From IMG/VR virus record IMGVR_UViG_2882234885_000002: a stretch of 20,000 nucleotides of DNA. The stretch is one strand, 5' to 3'. The stretch comes from an uncultured virus (IMG/VR IMGVR_UViG_2882234885_000002) (taxonomy: Duplodnaviria; Heunggongvirae; Uroviricota; Caudoviricetes). The position numbers were made by a program, and so were the translations under genes. A model generated the notes under the pieces. It saw only the letters and a list, made by a program, of their open reading frames with translations, was not told the DNA's origin and did no database searches. Positions 1-8,716 of this stretch are shown one piece after another (position 1 is the stretch's first letter; each line of letters opens with the position of its first letter).

Positions 1-375
1 GGCGGCAGCCTGTTGCCAGGAACAGAGCATCTCGTGCAGCCGGGTGGCATCCTTGTTCTTGTACACATCGACCTTCAAGCAGACTTCTCCATCCATCTCG
101 CTAATCTTGAGCCCGTAGTTATCCTCCAGGGTAAACAGGGTATGCATGAGCCCCACATAGGAGTCTATGTCCGGGACGGAGAGGGCATGGGGCGAGACAT
201 CCAGTACCTGGGCCAGGGCAGCAGTCAGGTCGGCCTTAGGGGTTCTTGATCCTGTCTCGTACTGTGCCAGGCGCACATCGGCGGACTTCTCCGGAAAGCC
301 CAGCGCCATACCGAGATATTTCTGCGTCATCCCCCGCAGAAGACGGAAAAAGTGAATCCGTTCGCCAATCGCCAT
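1..375 (-). CDS. XRE/HTH_3-family transcriptional repressor of the integrative element (3' end runs off the window)
   Basis: Not in the ORF track. Manual minus-strand translation from ATG at 375 gives MAIGERIHFFRLLRGMTQKYLGMALGFPEKSADVRLAQYETGSRTPKADL..., a typical XRE HTH, divergent from xis/int. Confidence 0.9.
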   Translation of the reverse strand, partial: MAIGERIHFFRLLRGMTQKYLGMALGFPEKSADVRLAQYETGSRTPKADLTAALAQVLDVSPHALSVPDIDSYVGLMHTLFTLEDNYGLKISEMDGEVCLKVDVYKNKDATRLHEMLCSWQQAAA

Positions 376-410
376 ATCATCAACTCCAATCGTTGGTTGT
401 CCTTAGAAAA

Positions 411-538
411 AGCGTAGCAGAAATGCTTAGGAAAGTCAAGAGAATCCTAAATAATTTTATTTAATTTATTTTGCGTACTCCAATTGACATAAGCTATTAT
501 GCTTAGTATAATAGCAATAGACTAAGCATATCAGCTTA
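411..538. promoter_or_regulatory. Divergent promoter region with three putative repressor operators (TAAGC-N6-GCTTA)
   Basis: Rightward TTGACA(484-489)-17bp-TATAAT(507-512). Leftward TTGACT(439-434)-17bp-TACGCT(416-411). Palindromes TAAGC-N6-GCTTA at 490-505 and 523-538, with a variant GTAGC-N6-GCTTA at 414-429. Confidence 0.75.
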
Positions 539-677
539 AAACTAATAAATAAAAAGCAACTGCCGCAATTCCTGGTTGCATATCCGGGAAAAAAGTGGCG
601 GACGAAAGTAAGGAGGCATTTATGGAACACAACATCCAGCCGAAACATCCATCAGCGAGGAAAGGAAGGTATTTTCA

Positions 678-872
678 ATGCAGGCACAGAACTTCATGCG
701 CGTGGAGGAAGTGGCCCAGGAGCTGGGCATCTCCAAGTCCCACGCCTATAAGGTGATCCACAAGCTCAACGCCGAACTCCGGGACAAGGGCTATCTGACC
801 ATCTCCGGGCGGGTCAACCGGAACTTTTTCATGGAGAAGTTTTGCTACGGCAAGACGGGAAAGGAGGGCTAA
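678..872 (+). CDS. Excisionase-like small HTH DNA-binding protein
   Basis: 64 aa, FMRVEEVAQELGISKSHAYKVI HTH, purine-rich RBS upstream, directly upstream of the integrase. Confidence 0.8.
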   Translation: MQAQNFMRVEEVAQELGISKSHAYKVIHKLNAELRDKGYLTISGRVNRNFFMEKFCYGKTGKEG

Positions 873-874
873 TC

Positions 875-1948
875 ATGGCAGTCTACAAGGAAGAAAAAAG
901 CAACACCTGGCGGGCAGTCTACCGCTACACCGACTGGAACGGCGAGCGCAAGCAGACCCAGAAGCGGGGCTTCAAGACCAAGCGGGAGGCGCAGGCCTGG
1001 GAGCGGGAACAGCTCAACAAGACCAGCGCCGACCTGGATATGACCTTTAAGAGCTTCGTGGATCTCTACACAGCGGATATGAAAACCCGGCTTAAGGAAA
1101 ACACCTGGGCCACCAAGGATCATATCATCCGTACCAAGCTGCTGCCCTACTTCGGCAAGCTCAAAATGTGCAACATCACCGCCCAGCAGATCATCACCTG
1201 GCAGAACGAGATGCTAAACCACAAGGACGAGAACGGCAAGCCCTATTCGCCGGTATACCTGAAAACAGTCCATAACCAGCTCAGTGCTATCTTCAACCAT
1301 GCGGTTCGGTACTACAACCTCCGGGAAAATCCCTGCAAGAAGGCAGGCAGCATGGGCAAAAAGAAAAACCGGGAGATGATGTTCTGGACCAAGGAGCAGT
1401 ACCAGAAATTTGCCGAGGTGATGATGGACAAGCCGCTGTCCTTCTACGCCTTTGAGATGCTCTACTGGTGCGGTATCCGAGAAGGGGAGCTGCTGGCCCT
1501 GACCCCAGCGGACTTTGACTTTGAGAAGCGCACCGTGTCCATCAACAAGTCTTACCAGAGGCTAAACGGCCAGGATCTGATTACCACTCCCAAAACCGAA
1601 AAGAGTAATCGGGTTATTACCATGCCGCAGTTTCTGGCCGAGGAAATCCAGGATTACATCAAGATGCTTTACGGCATCGGGCCGGACGACCGGATGTTCA
1701 CCGTCACCAAGAGCTATCTCCACCGGGAGATGGACCGAGGAGCCAAAGAAGCCGGGATACCGCGTATCAGAATCCACGATATTCGTCACAGCGCGGTGTC
1801 ACTTCTGATCGACATGGGATTCTCCGCCACGGCCATTGCGGACCGGGTGGGCCACGAGAGCATCGACATTACTTACAACTACGCGCACCTGTTTCCGTCC
1901 AAGCAGGCGGAAATGGCAGAGAAACTGAACATGGAAAGGGGCAATTAA
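875..1948 (+). CDS. int: Tyrosine recombinase/integrase with N-terminal arm-binding domain
   Basis: Start MAVYKEEK after RBS GGAGG. Arm domain KRGFKTKREA. Catalytic motifs GIREGELLAL (R), TPKT (K), HDIRH, VGH and ITYNYAH (Y). Confidence 0.95.
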   Translation: MAVYKEEKSNTWRAVYRYTDWNGERKQTQKRGFKTKREAQAWEREQLNKTSADLDMTFKSFVDLYTADMKTRLKENTWATKDHIIRTKLLPYFGKLKMCNITAQQIITWQNEMLNHKDENGKPYSPVYLKTVHNQLSAIFNHAVRYYNLRENPCKKAGSMGKKKNREMMFWTKEQYQKFAEVMMDKPLSFYAFEMLYWCGIREGELLALTPADFDFEKRTVSINKSYQRLNGQDLITTPKTEKSNRVITMPQFLAEEIQDYIKMLYGIGPDDRMFTVTKSYLHREMDRGAKEAGIPRIRIHDIRHSAVSLLIDMGFSATAIADRVGHESIDITYNYAHLFPSKQAEMAEKLNMERGN

Positions 1949-1950
1949 AA

Positions 1951-2286
1951 ATGTCGGCAAAGAATTTGGACAAGCACAACCGTTGGAGGAACAAGACCGT
2001 GGCCTTTCGGGTCTCCCCGGAGGAGGACGCCCAGATCGAGACGGCGGTCAAGCTCACCGGACTGACCAAGCAGGATTATATCATCCAGCGGCTGCTGTGC
2101 CGGGATGTGGTGGTCCAGGGCAACCCCAGGGTCTACAAGGCGCTGCGGGACCAGCTAGCTGCTGTGCTGGACGAGCTGCGCCGGATCGAGGTTGGGCATG
2201 GCGTGAATGACGAACTGCTGGACACCATCCGGATAATCGCTACCATTATGAACGGGATGCAGGAGGACTTTGCCTATGACCGATGA
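1951..2286 (+). CDS. Ribbon-helix-helix mobilization accessory protein (MobC-like)
   Basis: KTVAFRVSPEEDAQIETAVKLTGLTKQDYI fits an RHH pattern; tightly coupled to int and the next gene. Confidence 0.7.
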   Translation: MSAKNLDKHNRWRNKTVAFRVSPEEDAQIETAVKLTGLTKQDYIIQRLLCRDVVVQGNPRVYKALRDQLAAVLDELRRIEVGHGVNDELLDTIRIIATIMNGMQEDFAYDR

Positions 2287-3451
2287 GAAAAAGAAAATGA
2301 CCGCCCATGGCTCATCTGTTGGCGCAGATGATGGGCAGTCAATCTCTCAAAATTCCAAGATCACTATACCAGACCCAGACGAAAAAAGCAATTCCCCCGA
2401 AAGAGATTTGGAGGAACTTTACCGGAAGATGCGCCGCATGAGCGACCCGGCATACCTGCATACTGTGACCCTGGACGAACTGATGGACAATGTGTTCGAG
2501 GGCAAGTCTGCGGTGATTGAGAACCTGCTCTACACAGGAGCGTACATCCTTGCCGGAGCGCCGAAAATCGGAAAGTCCTTCCTGGTGGCGCAGATCGCTC
2601 ACCATGTCAGCACCGGGCAGGACTTGTGGGAATACAAAGTACACCAGGGGACCGTTCTCTATCTGGCGCTGGAGGATGATGAGAGCCGTTTGCAGCGCCG
2701 GATGTTCCGTATGTTTGGCGTGGAGGGGACAAGCTCCCTCCACTTTGCCACCAGTGCCAAAATGATTGGCAGCGGCCTGGATGAACAGCTGGAAAAGTTC
2801 GTCCGGGAACACAGCGATACTAAACTCATTATTGTGGATACCCTGCAAAAGGTCCGGGAGACGGCGAGTGACAGTTACAGCTATTCCAGCGACTATGAGG
2901 TGATCGGCAAGCTGAAACAATTTGCAGATCGGTATAGTGTCTGCGTCCTGATCGTCCACCACACCAGAAAGCAGCCTGCAGGAGACAGCTTTGAGATGAT
3001 TTCCGGTACCACAGGCCTGCTGGGCTGTGCGGATGGAGCGCTCCTGATGCAGAAAGAAAAGCGGACGGATAGTAAAGCCACTCTGGAGGTGGTAGGCAGA
3101 GACCAGCCCGATCAGCTGCTGTATCTCGGCAAGGATCAGGAGAGCTTAATTTGGAGCCTTGACCATGCGGAGAATGAGCTTTGGAAACAGCCTCCGGACC
3201 CCGTGCTGGAAGCCGTGGCGAAGATTGTATCTGCTGAAAACCTGGAATGGGAAGGGAGTCCTACCGAGCTGGCCCAGGCGATTCAGGCGGATATGGCGGT
3301 GAATCGGCTTACGAAGCATCTGAATGTAAATGCCAGCCGCCTGCTGGAAGAACATCAGGTGAAATATGAAAACAAAACCAAACACGCCGGACGGCGCATC
3401 CAGCTGACTTACATGGTGGTGGAAGCACCTGCGTTTGAAGTAATCAAGTAA
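2276..3451 (+). CDS. AAA_25/RepA-like helicase ATPase, probable replication protein of the element
   Basis: Walker A GAPKIGKS, VLYLALED, Walker B LIIVDTLQ, LIVHHTRK, SGTTGL. ATG at 2276 after AGGAGG. Confidence 0.88.
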   Translation: MTDEKKKMTAHGSSVGADDGQSISQNSKITIPDPDEKSNSPERDLEELYRKMRRMSDPAYLHTVTLDELMDNVFEGKSAVIENLLYTGAYILAGAPKIGKSFLVAQIAHHVSTGQDLWEYKVHQGTVLYLALEDDESRLQRRMFRMFGVEGTSSLHFATSAKMIGSGLDEQLEKFVREHSDTKLIIVDTLQKVRETASDSYSYSSDYEVIGKLKQFADRYSVCVLIVHHTRKQPAGDSFEMISGTTGLLGCADGALLMQKEKRTDSKATLEVVGRDQPDQLLYLGKDQESLIWSLDHAENELWKQPPDPVLEAVAKIVSAENLEWEGSPTELAQAIQADMAVNRLTKHLNVNASRLLEEHQVKYENKTKHAGRRIQLTYMVVEAPAFEVIK

Positions 3452-3453
3452 AG

Positions 3454-3528
3454 CGCGACGCTCGCAACGGTCGCAACGGTGTTTTGAGGGGTACTCCCAG
3501 CACCGTTGCGACCGTCGCCATCGTCGCG
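3454..3528. repeat. 28-bp imperfect inverted repeat built of 9-bp units (candidate iterons/origin)
   Basis: Left arm cgcgacgct-cgcaacggt-cgcaacggt-g (3454-3481) matches the reverse complement of 3501-3528 with 3 mismatches. Confidence 0.65.
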
Positions 3529-3758
3529 GAAAGGAAAAGCCGGGGTGGTATTTTGCCACCCCATCTTCAAGGAGGGTGCCCCATTTTAGGGCACTCTAAA
3601 AGCACCATATCATGTCGCATTTCACGACACCCTTGCCTCCGAAACAGGGCACCGGGTATAGAATAAAAAAGCGTTCGCAGAATGCGCAGCCACAGAATGA
3701 AATTCTGTGTTCAGAAGGGGCTTGGGGGCGCTGCCCTCAACAAGCAGACGGCAGGAAA

Positions 3759-3853
3759 TGTGAGTGTGTATTAACACTCGCATTGCTTGCCGGATTTGTG
3801 TGTGGCTATCCACACGCATTGCTTGCCTCGTTTGCCTCGTTTGCCTCGTTTGC
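3759..3853 (+). other. Candidate MOB_V-type oriT: two tandem hairpins followed by a 9-bp tandem repeat
   Basis: tgtgagtgt-gtatta-acactcgca and tgtgtgtgg-ctat-ccacacgca, each followed by ttgcttgcc, then (ttgcctcgt)x3. AGTGTG-TATTAAC resembles the pMV158-family nick region. Confidence 0.5.
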
Positions 3854-3978
3854 AAAAAGGCCAAAACAGCTGCTGTTCCGGGGAAAAGTCAACGGTACAA
3901 GCATCAAAAGTTTCCTGATATAAAAAGCATGATAAAACGACAGTTCCCACCGTGAACAGTTGAGATAAAGAATTTAGA

Positions 3979-6783
3979 TTAAGTAAAAAATCCATATCCC
4001 GCCCGTAGGTTGCACAGACTGTACCCGGAAAGGGTTGTTCCCGGATTGTATGGTCCATAAGATCCCCCATTCCATGAGCGGCACCTCTCCGGTATGAACG
4101 CAGCCGGAGTGCCGGGCAGATAGAGGAAGAACTCATTTCCACCGTCTAGTCCATACGGGATGGAAGCCACATAGCGGATATCACCCTCCATCCACTCCTC
4201 ATCCACAGGGTGGCCGGTGGTCATCTCTAAATCTGTGAGGGTGAGGGACCAGGTGTGGTCGTCCAGCGGGGTGAACATAGAGAAGGCCCCCCGGAACCGG
4301 CACAGATAGATGGTGTTGTCTCCCATATCGCTGTCCTGGTACTCACCGGAGAAGGTGCCGTCGGGGAATAGGGCCAGCTCGGTGCTCCAGGCCCCCGCTC
4401 CGCTGGCGAAGCTGAAACTTATCCCCTCTGCCGGAATGGGCAGGGCCTCCTCCTCCGGGGGGAAGTTTCCTCGGGCTTCCAGGCCCATCAGCCGGGGTAC
4501 TCCGTAACCGAGATCCGAGCCGTGGGACGTGAACTTATATCGGCGGCGGATGTCCGGCTGGTTGGAGGTGTATTCCGTCTCCACTACCTGTCCCGTGCTC
4601 TCCACCTCCAAGGTGGCGAAGAACAGACCGGAGTATGTCAGACGCTCTTCCTGGTCGTCCCAGAGGAAGTAGGCATAGTTAACATTGTGGGAGAAGGTGC
4701 TGTTGACCAACAGGCCCAGATCGGCTGAGCCATCGCCGTTCAGATCCCGTAGGTCGGGAGCGCCAGGCACCTTGTTTGCGCCGGTGAGGCGATAGAGCCC
4801 CTCAAAGGAGTGTATCCCGTCCTCCCACACATTTCCTGCCGTAATGGTCTGGAGAAGACAGTCGCTATCCCATACCTTCACCTGCCGCACCAGAACGGTG
4901 TTTTCCAAATCGTCTATGGGTGCTTCATCGAACTCCAGGGTGATCGTTCGGCCATCAGCCAGTGGGAGTGGGTAGGTGGTGTTCTCCGTTCCCAGTCCCA
5001 ACTCCTGATTGGATCCCACGTGCCATTCCACCACCTGAGTCATCCGTCTTTCCCCATGGTCAAAGGTCAGCCGGGCGGTGAGCCACAGATCCACCTCCAT
5101 ATCCGACCGGGCAGTCAGGAGATAGTCGGCCTCCCCTGTATAATCCCGGCTGTAGACACTCAGCAGATAGTTCCCGTTGGCTGGGGTGAGGGAGATGATC
5201 TGCCATGGAATGGTGCCAATTTGGCCGCCTTGGCTCAATTCCTCCAGCCAGGCACGGGTCTGTCCATACACCCCGCCAGGGAGCTCCTGCTCCGGTGCAG
5301 ACCAGCCGTGGATATCCTCGTGGTAAACCCACCGGGGCGTCTCTGTCCCGATGGTAACGTCAGTGTTTCTGTCCAGCAGCTCCAGCCCAGAGGCCGACAT
5401 GAGGCCCAGATGATCCCGCCAGAAGGAGTCGTAATCAGCTTGCGCTTTGGAACCCTGCATCCGAACATCCCCATAGACTGGCCAGAACCAGGAGAGCTGC
5501 TCTCCATCCAGTCCCACTACACCGGCCTCCCCGGACACCGAGCCCTGATCCATACGGTTGAAGGTGTATAGCAGGTAGGCGTTCCCGTTTTGCTGGAAGG
5601 CTGCTGCATGGGGCGCACCTCCCTGACCAGTTCGGATATAGGCCGGGCCGGTCAGCACTCCGGTGTCATCCTCCAGGACGCCGATGGCGAGATAGACGGC
5701 ATTTGTGTTCCGGAAGGAGGCGGCACCCAGGGTATAGCCATTCTGACTGTAGGCGTAGAGCAATTCCGAGGCTGTCTCCCCCAAGGCGAAGTCCATCTGG
5801 GCGGAAACCTCTTGGTACAAAACTCCCAGCAAAGCCTGCTCCCGCAAACTGGCAGGGGTGGTGAAGCCGCCCTCCGGCTCGCCGCCGTCAAAGAACCACT
5901 GCCTCCACAGGGGAGGGTTCAGATTCAAGCACTCCGCCGCCGGAACCAGAGGCTGGAGCCCTGTCACCGCATATTGGTCATAGCGGGCAAAGGAGCCACC
6001 GGACCAAATGTACAGGCTGTCCGCACCGCTGATGGTGTCCTGCACAGTATCGTCCCGGTCGTCCACCCGGGCGGTGAGGTAGAAAACCGGTTGGCCGTTC
6101 TCTCCCATGCGAAAGCCCTCCAGAGCCTGGTTTTGAATGCAGATATTGGTATCGGGATACTCCTCCACCAGGCCGGGGTCATACTGGTCTGCCAGGGCTT
6201 GACACATACCCTCCTCCGTCTGCCCGGCCAGCGCCAAGGCCTGGTTCAGGGTGATCTGGGTCCCTTTCTCCTTGTCATAGACCAGGGAGGCGATGTGGCC
6301 GGTGTTCAGGTCGGTATGATACTCATCCCGGAGGAAAATCAGATTGAGGTAGCGGTCTGTCTCCGTGGGGTAGAGTAAACAGCGGTTTTCCATATTCATC
6401 AGGTCGGAGCCGGCCGTTCTACCCTCCAACACAGGCTGATAAAAAGCCTTGAGCTCCGCCAGCGCCTGGTTGATGGCAGTCACACCCTCGTTGCTCTGGG
6501 CTCCGTCGGGCATGGTCAGGACGGGAATTTCGATGTAATTGCCGTTGACATCGTAATACTGGGTGTCCATCACAAGGGAGGGAGACGGCTCCTGCCTCTG
6601 GCAGGACACCAAGTAAAAGCAGCAGAAGAGCGTGACCAGGGTGGAGAGAACGAACAGCCACCGGCCGGGGTGCTTGCGCCCACCGTCAAAGATGTTGCGC
6701 ATCCGCTCCTTATTCTCCCGCACGGTGCCGGAGAATCGGGTGGTAAAAGGAGAGCGGGGCGGATAGGGGATGTTTGTATTCAT
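3979..6783 (-). CDS. Large multidomain membrane-anchored/lipoprotein with an M56-C-terminus-like leader (putative sensor subunit 2)
   Basis: 934-aa ORF with RBS AAGGAGG. Leader SPFTTRFSGTVRENKERMRNIFDGGRKHPGRW, then a hydrophobic helix ending LVSC. Acidic extracellular domains with a DLNGDGSADL motif. Confidence 0.85.
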   Translation of the reverse strand: MNTNIPYPPRSPFTTRFSGTVRENKERMRNIFDGGRKHPGRWLFVLSTLVTLFCCFYLVSCQRQEPSPSLVMDTQYYDVNGNYIEIPVLTMPDGAQSNEGVTAINQALAELKAFYQPVLEGRTAGSDLMNMENRCLLYPTETDRYLNLIFLRDEYHTDLNTGHIASLVYDKEKGTQITLNQALALAGQTEEGMCQALADQYDPGLVEEYPDTNICIQNQALEGFRMGENGQPVFYLTARVDDRDDTVQDTISGADSLYIWSGGSFARYDQYAVTGLQPLVPAAECLNLNPPLWRQWFFDGGEPEGGFTTPASLREQALLGVLYQEVSAQMDFALGETASELLYAYSQNGYTLGAASFRNTNAVYLAIGVLEDDTGVLTGPAYIRTGQGGAPHAAAFQQNGNAYLLYTFNRMDQGSVSGEAGVVGLDGEQLSWFWPVYGDVRMQGSKAQADYDSFWRDHLGLMSASGLELLDRNTDVTIGTETPRWVYHEDIHGWSAPEQELPGGVYGQTRAWLEELSQGGQIGTIPWQIISLTPANGNYLLSVYSRDYTGEADYLLTARSDMEVDLWLTARLTFDHGERRMTQVVEWHVGSNQELGLGTENTTYPLPLADGRTITLEFDEAPIDDLENTVLVRQVKVWDSDCLLQTITAGNVWEDGIHSFEGLYRLTGANKVPGAPDLRDLNGDGSADLGLLVNSTFSHNVNYAYFLWDDQEERLTYSGLFFATLEVESTGQVVETEYTSNQPDIRRRYKFTSHGSDLGYGVPRLMGLEARGNFPPEEEALPIPAEGISFSFASGAGAWSTELALFPDGTFSGEYQDSDMGDNTIYLCRFRGAFSMFTPLDDHTWSLTLTDLEMTTGHPVDEEWMEGDIRYVASIPYGLDGGNEFFLYLPGTPAAFIPERCRSWNGGSYGPYNPGTTLSGYSLCNLRAGYGFFT

Positions 6784-6847
6784 GGGAACCTCCTTCGAAA
6801 AAATGGCGTAGAGCGCTAAACGGCGGCGTTACTTCATTACCTTTGGG

Positions 6848-8647
6848 TCAATCCGTCTGTCCCATCCAGACCAACTGGCCTCGTGCGTTAAAGGTATAGG
6901 CATGAGTCCCCTCGTCGAAGCGCTGCTCGATCAACTGCTCTTGCTCCTTGTCTACGGTCAGGTTTCCTTCCAGGGAGAAGGCATATCGGAACTGCTGGGC
7001 AGTCGGATCCCACAGGTACCAGGCGTGTGCGTCGTAATGGGTAGTATCGCAGGGAAGCCCCAGGTCATCCGAGCCGTCGAAGTTGACATCCCGTATGTCC
7101 GCATCATGTATCGTGGTCTCCGCCGAAAAGCCATGGGGATAGTAATGTTCAACCGGAATGGCGGTCTGGCTCCGGGTATCGGCATCAAAGACATACGGAT
7201 CTGGCAGCGGAAAACTGGGGGTAATCGTCTGAATTAAGGTGTCACCGTCAAAAATCTCTACCCGGTCGTAATAGAGGTAAGAGTAGTCATTCTCTGTGAC
7301 CTGGGAGACCGGCCCTGACAGCAGGATGGTCAGCTCCCGGCCGTCAGACAGGGTCAACCAGCTTGTGTAAGAAAAGCGGTTGTCCTGCTCCCACACAAAG
7401 GCCATTCCATTCCAGGACAAGATACCATAGCGCGTGTGCCATTTGTCCGGATACATGGCTGGAATCTGCAGGGTTTGAAGACCGTCCGGTCGGCTGTGAA
7501 GGGAAGCGCCAAAAACCAAATCACTATCCGGGGCGAGATTATCCGAGGCGTTTTCTCCGGTAACAAGCCGGGCTTTCTCATTCAGAGCACCGTCTTTCGC
7601 CTCCAGCACGAAATAACTGGCCACGCCATAGTTGGAGGTGCGGTCGGCAAGAATGAGGACAATGGACTGGCGTTCCGGGGAGGTAAGATGGGCAGGCAGT
7701 ATGTCCGGATACCCGGTGAGGTTACACGTCCATGTCAAAATCTCTCCGGTGCCCAGGGTAGCTTCTACCACGGTGAGAGGCCCCTGCTCGCTGTCGTAGT
7801 CAAAGGATGTGACGATGACAGAATCATCCTGTTTTCCTTGCCCGTCCAGACTGAGCTTCTCGTAAAAGGCCGAGTAGGTTCCGAAGGGAATGGTCGTACT
7901 CAAAGGCGTTCCTTCTTCTTCGTTCTCATCAGGGGCGGTGAGTATAATATCACCGCTGTTGGCTTCGTCCAGCAGCAGGGACAGAGGGACGGTTTCCTCC
8001 TGCCCGGTAACGGCGGAGATAGTCACCGTCCTATCCTCCGGGTGGAAGGTCAGGTGTACCAGGCGCCAAGGCTCTCCTTCCAGACCAAACCGATTGGCTG
8101 CTGCCTGGTCCAGACGCTGAAAACGCACCGAACCATCAGGCCACCGGCGCCAGACACTCAGTCCGCCATTCACGGCATCGTATTGCAGCAGCTCCAGCTG
8201 CCCGTCTCCATCTAAATCTAGGTGAAAAATTTCGCCGGAAGCATCTGCTAGTTCCAGCATAGTCCCGTCGGAGAGTTGAGCCTGATAGGTATACCAGTGG
8301 ATGCCCTCCTCAGTCACCGTATGGATGACAGTCCCGTGAAAGCCAAGCAGATTGGAGAAAGGGATGGTTTCCTCACCAGGCTCAGTCAGGGTGAAGACAG
8401 GGGCGCCATCCTCCGGTCGAGCCGAGGATGCGGGGTCATCTTGCTGCTCTTCCTCCGACGCCTGGCAGGATACCAGATAGAAGCAGCAAAAAAGCATGAC
8501 AAGGATGGACAGGAAGAACAACCATCGGCCAGGACGCTTGTTCCCGCCATCAAAGATATTGCGCAGCCGCTCCCGATTCTCTTGGGCGGTTCCGGTGAAA
8601 CAGGTGGTAAAGGGAGAGCGAAGAGTTACGCTGGAGGTGCGCTTCAT
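6848..8647 (-). CDS. Multidomain membrane-anchored/lipoprotein with an M56-C-terminus-like leader (putative sensor subunit 1)
   Basis: 599-aa ORF with RBS AAAGGA. Leader SPFTTCFTGTAQENRERLRNIFDGGNKRPGRW, then a hydrophobic helix ending LVSC. DLDGDGQLEL and DVNFDGSDDL motifs. Confidence 0.85.
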   Translation of the reverse strand: MKRTSSVTLRSPFTTCFTGTAQENRERLRNIFDGGNKRPGRWLFFLSILVMLFCCFYLVSCQASEEEQQDDPASSARPEDGAPVFTLTEPGEETIPFSNLLGFHGTVIHTVTEEGIHWYTYQAQLSDGTMLELADASGEIFHLDLDGDGQLELLQYDAVNGGLSVWRRWPDGSVRFQRLDQAAANRFGLEGEPWRLVHLTFHPEDRTVTISAVTGQEETVPLSLLLDEANSGDIILTAPDENEEEGTPLSTTIPFGTYSAFYEKLSLDGQGKQDDSVIVTSFDYDSEQGPLTVVEATLGTGEILTWTCNLTGYPDILPAHLTSPERQSIVLILADRTSNYGVASYFVLEAKDGALNEKARLVTGENASDNLAPDSDLVFGASLHSRPDGLQTLQIPAMYPDKWHTRYGILSWNGMAFVWEQDNRFSYTSWLTLSDGRELTILLSGPVSQVTENDYSYLYYDRVEIFDGDTLIQTITPSFPLPDPYVFDADTRSQTAIPVEHYYPHGFSAETTIHDADIRDVNFDGSDDLGLPCDTTHYDAHAWYLWDPTAQQFRYAFSLEGNLTVDKEQEQLIEQRFDEGTHAYTFNARGQLVWMGQTD

Positions 8648-8716
8648 GGAGGATTGTCCTTTCTTTGTTGAGATAGAGCTAAATAAAGGTAAAATAAGAT
8701 CATGGCGAGAAATATC

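Noticed and set aside
3823..3853. (ttgcctcgt)x3 and nearby repeats as a CRISPR array
   Set aside because: Units are 9 bp and contiguous with no unique spacers; no cas genes in the window.
4810..8215. Long plus-strand ORFs (253, 262 and 259 aa)
   Set aside because: Antisense shadows of the GC-rich minus-strand genes, with no recognisable motifs or RBS.
3979..8647. Diversity-generating retroelement or invertible shufflon acting on the sensor genes
   Set aside because: No reverse transcriptase, no adenine-specific TR/VR pair and no inverted recombination sites; both genes are co-oriented with their own starts.
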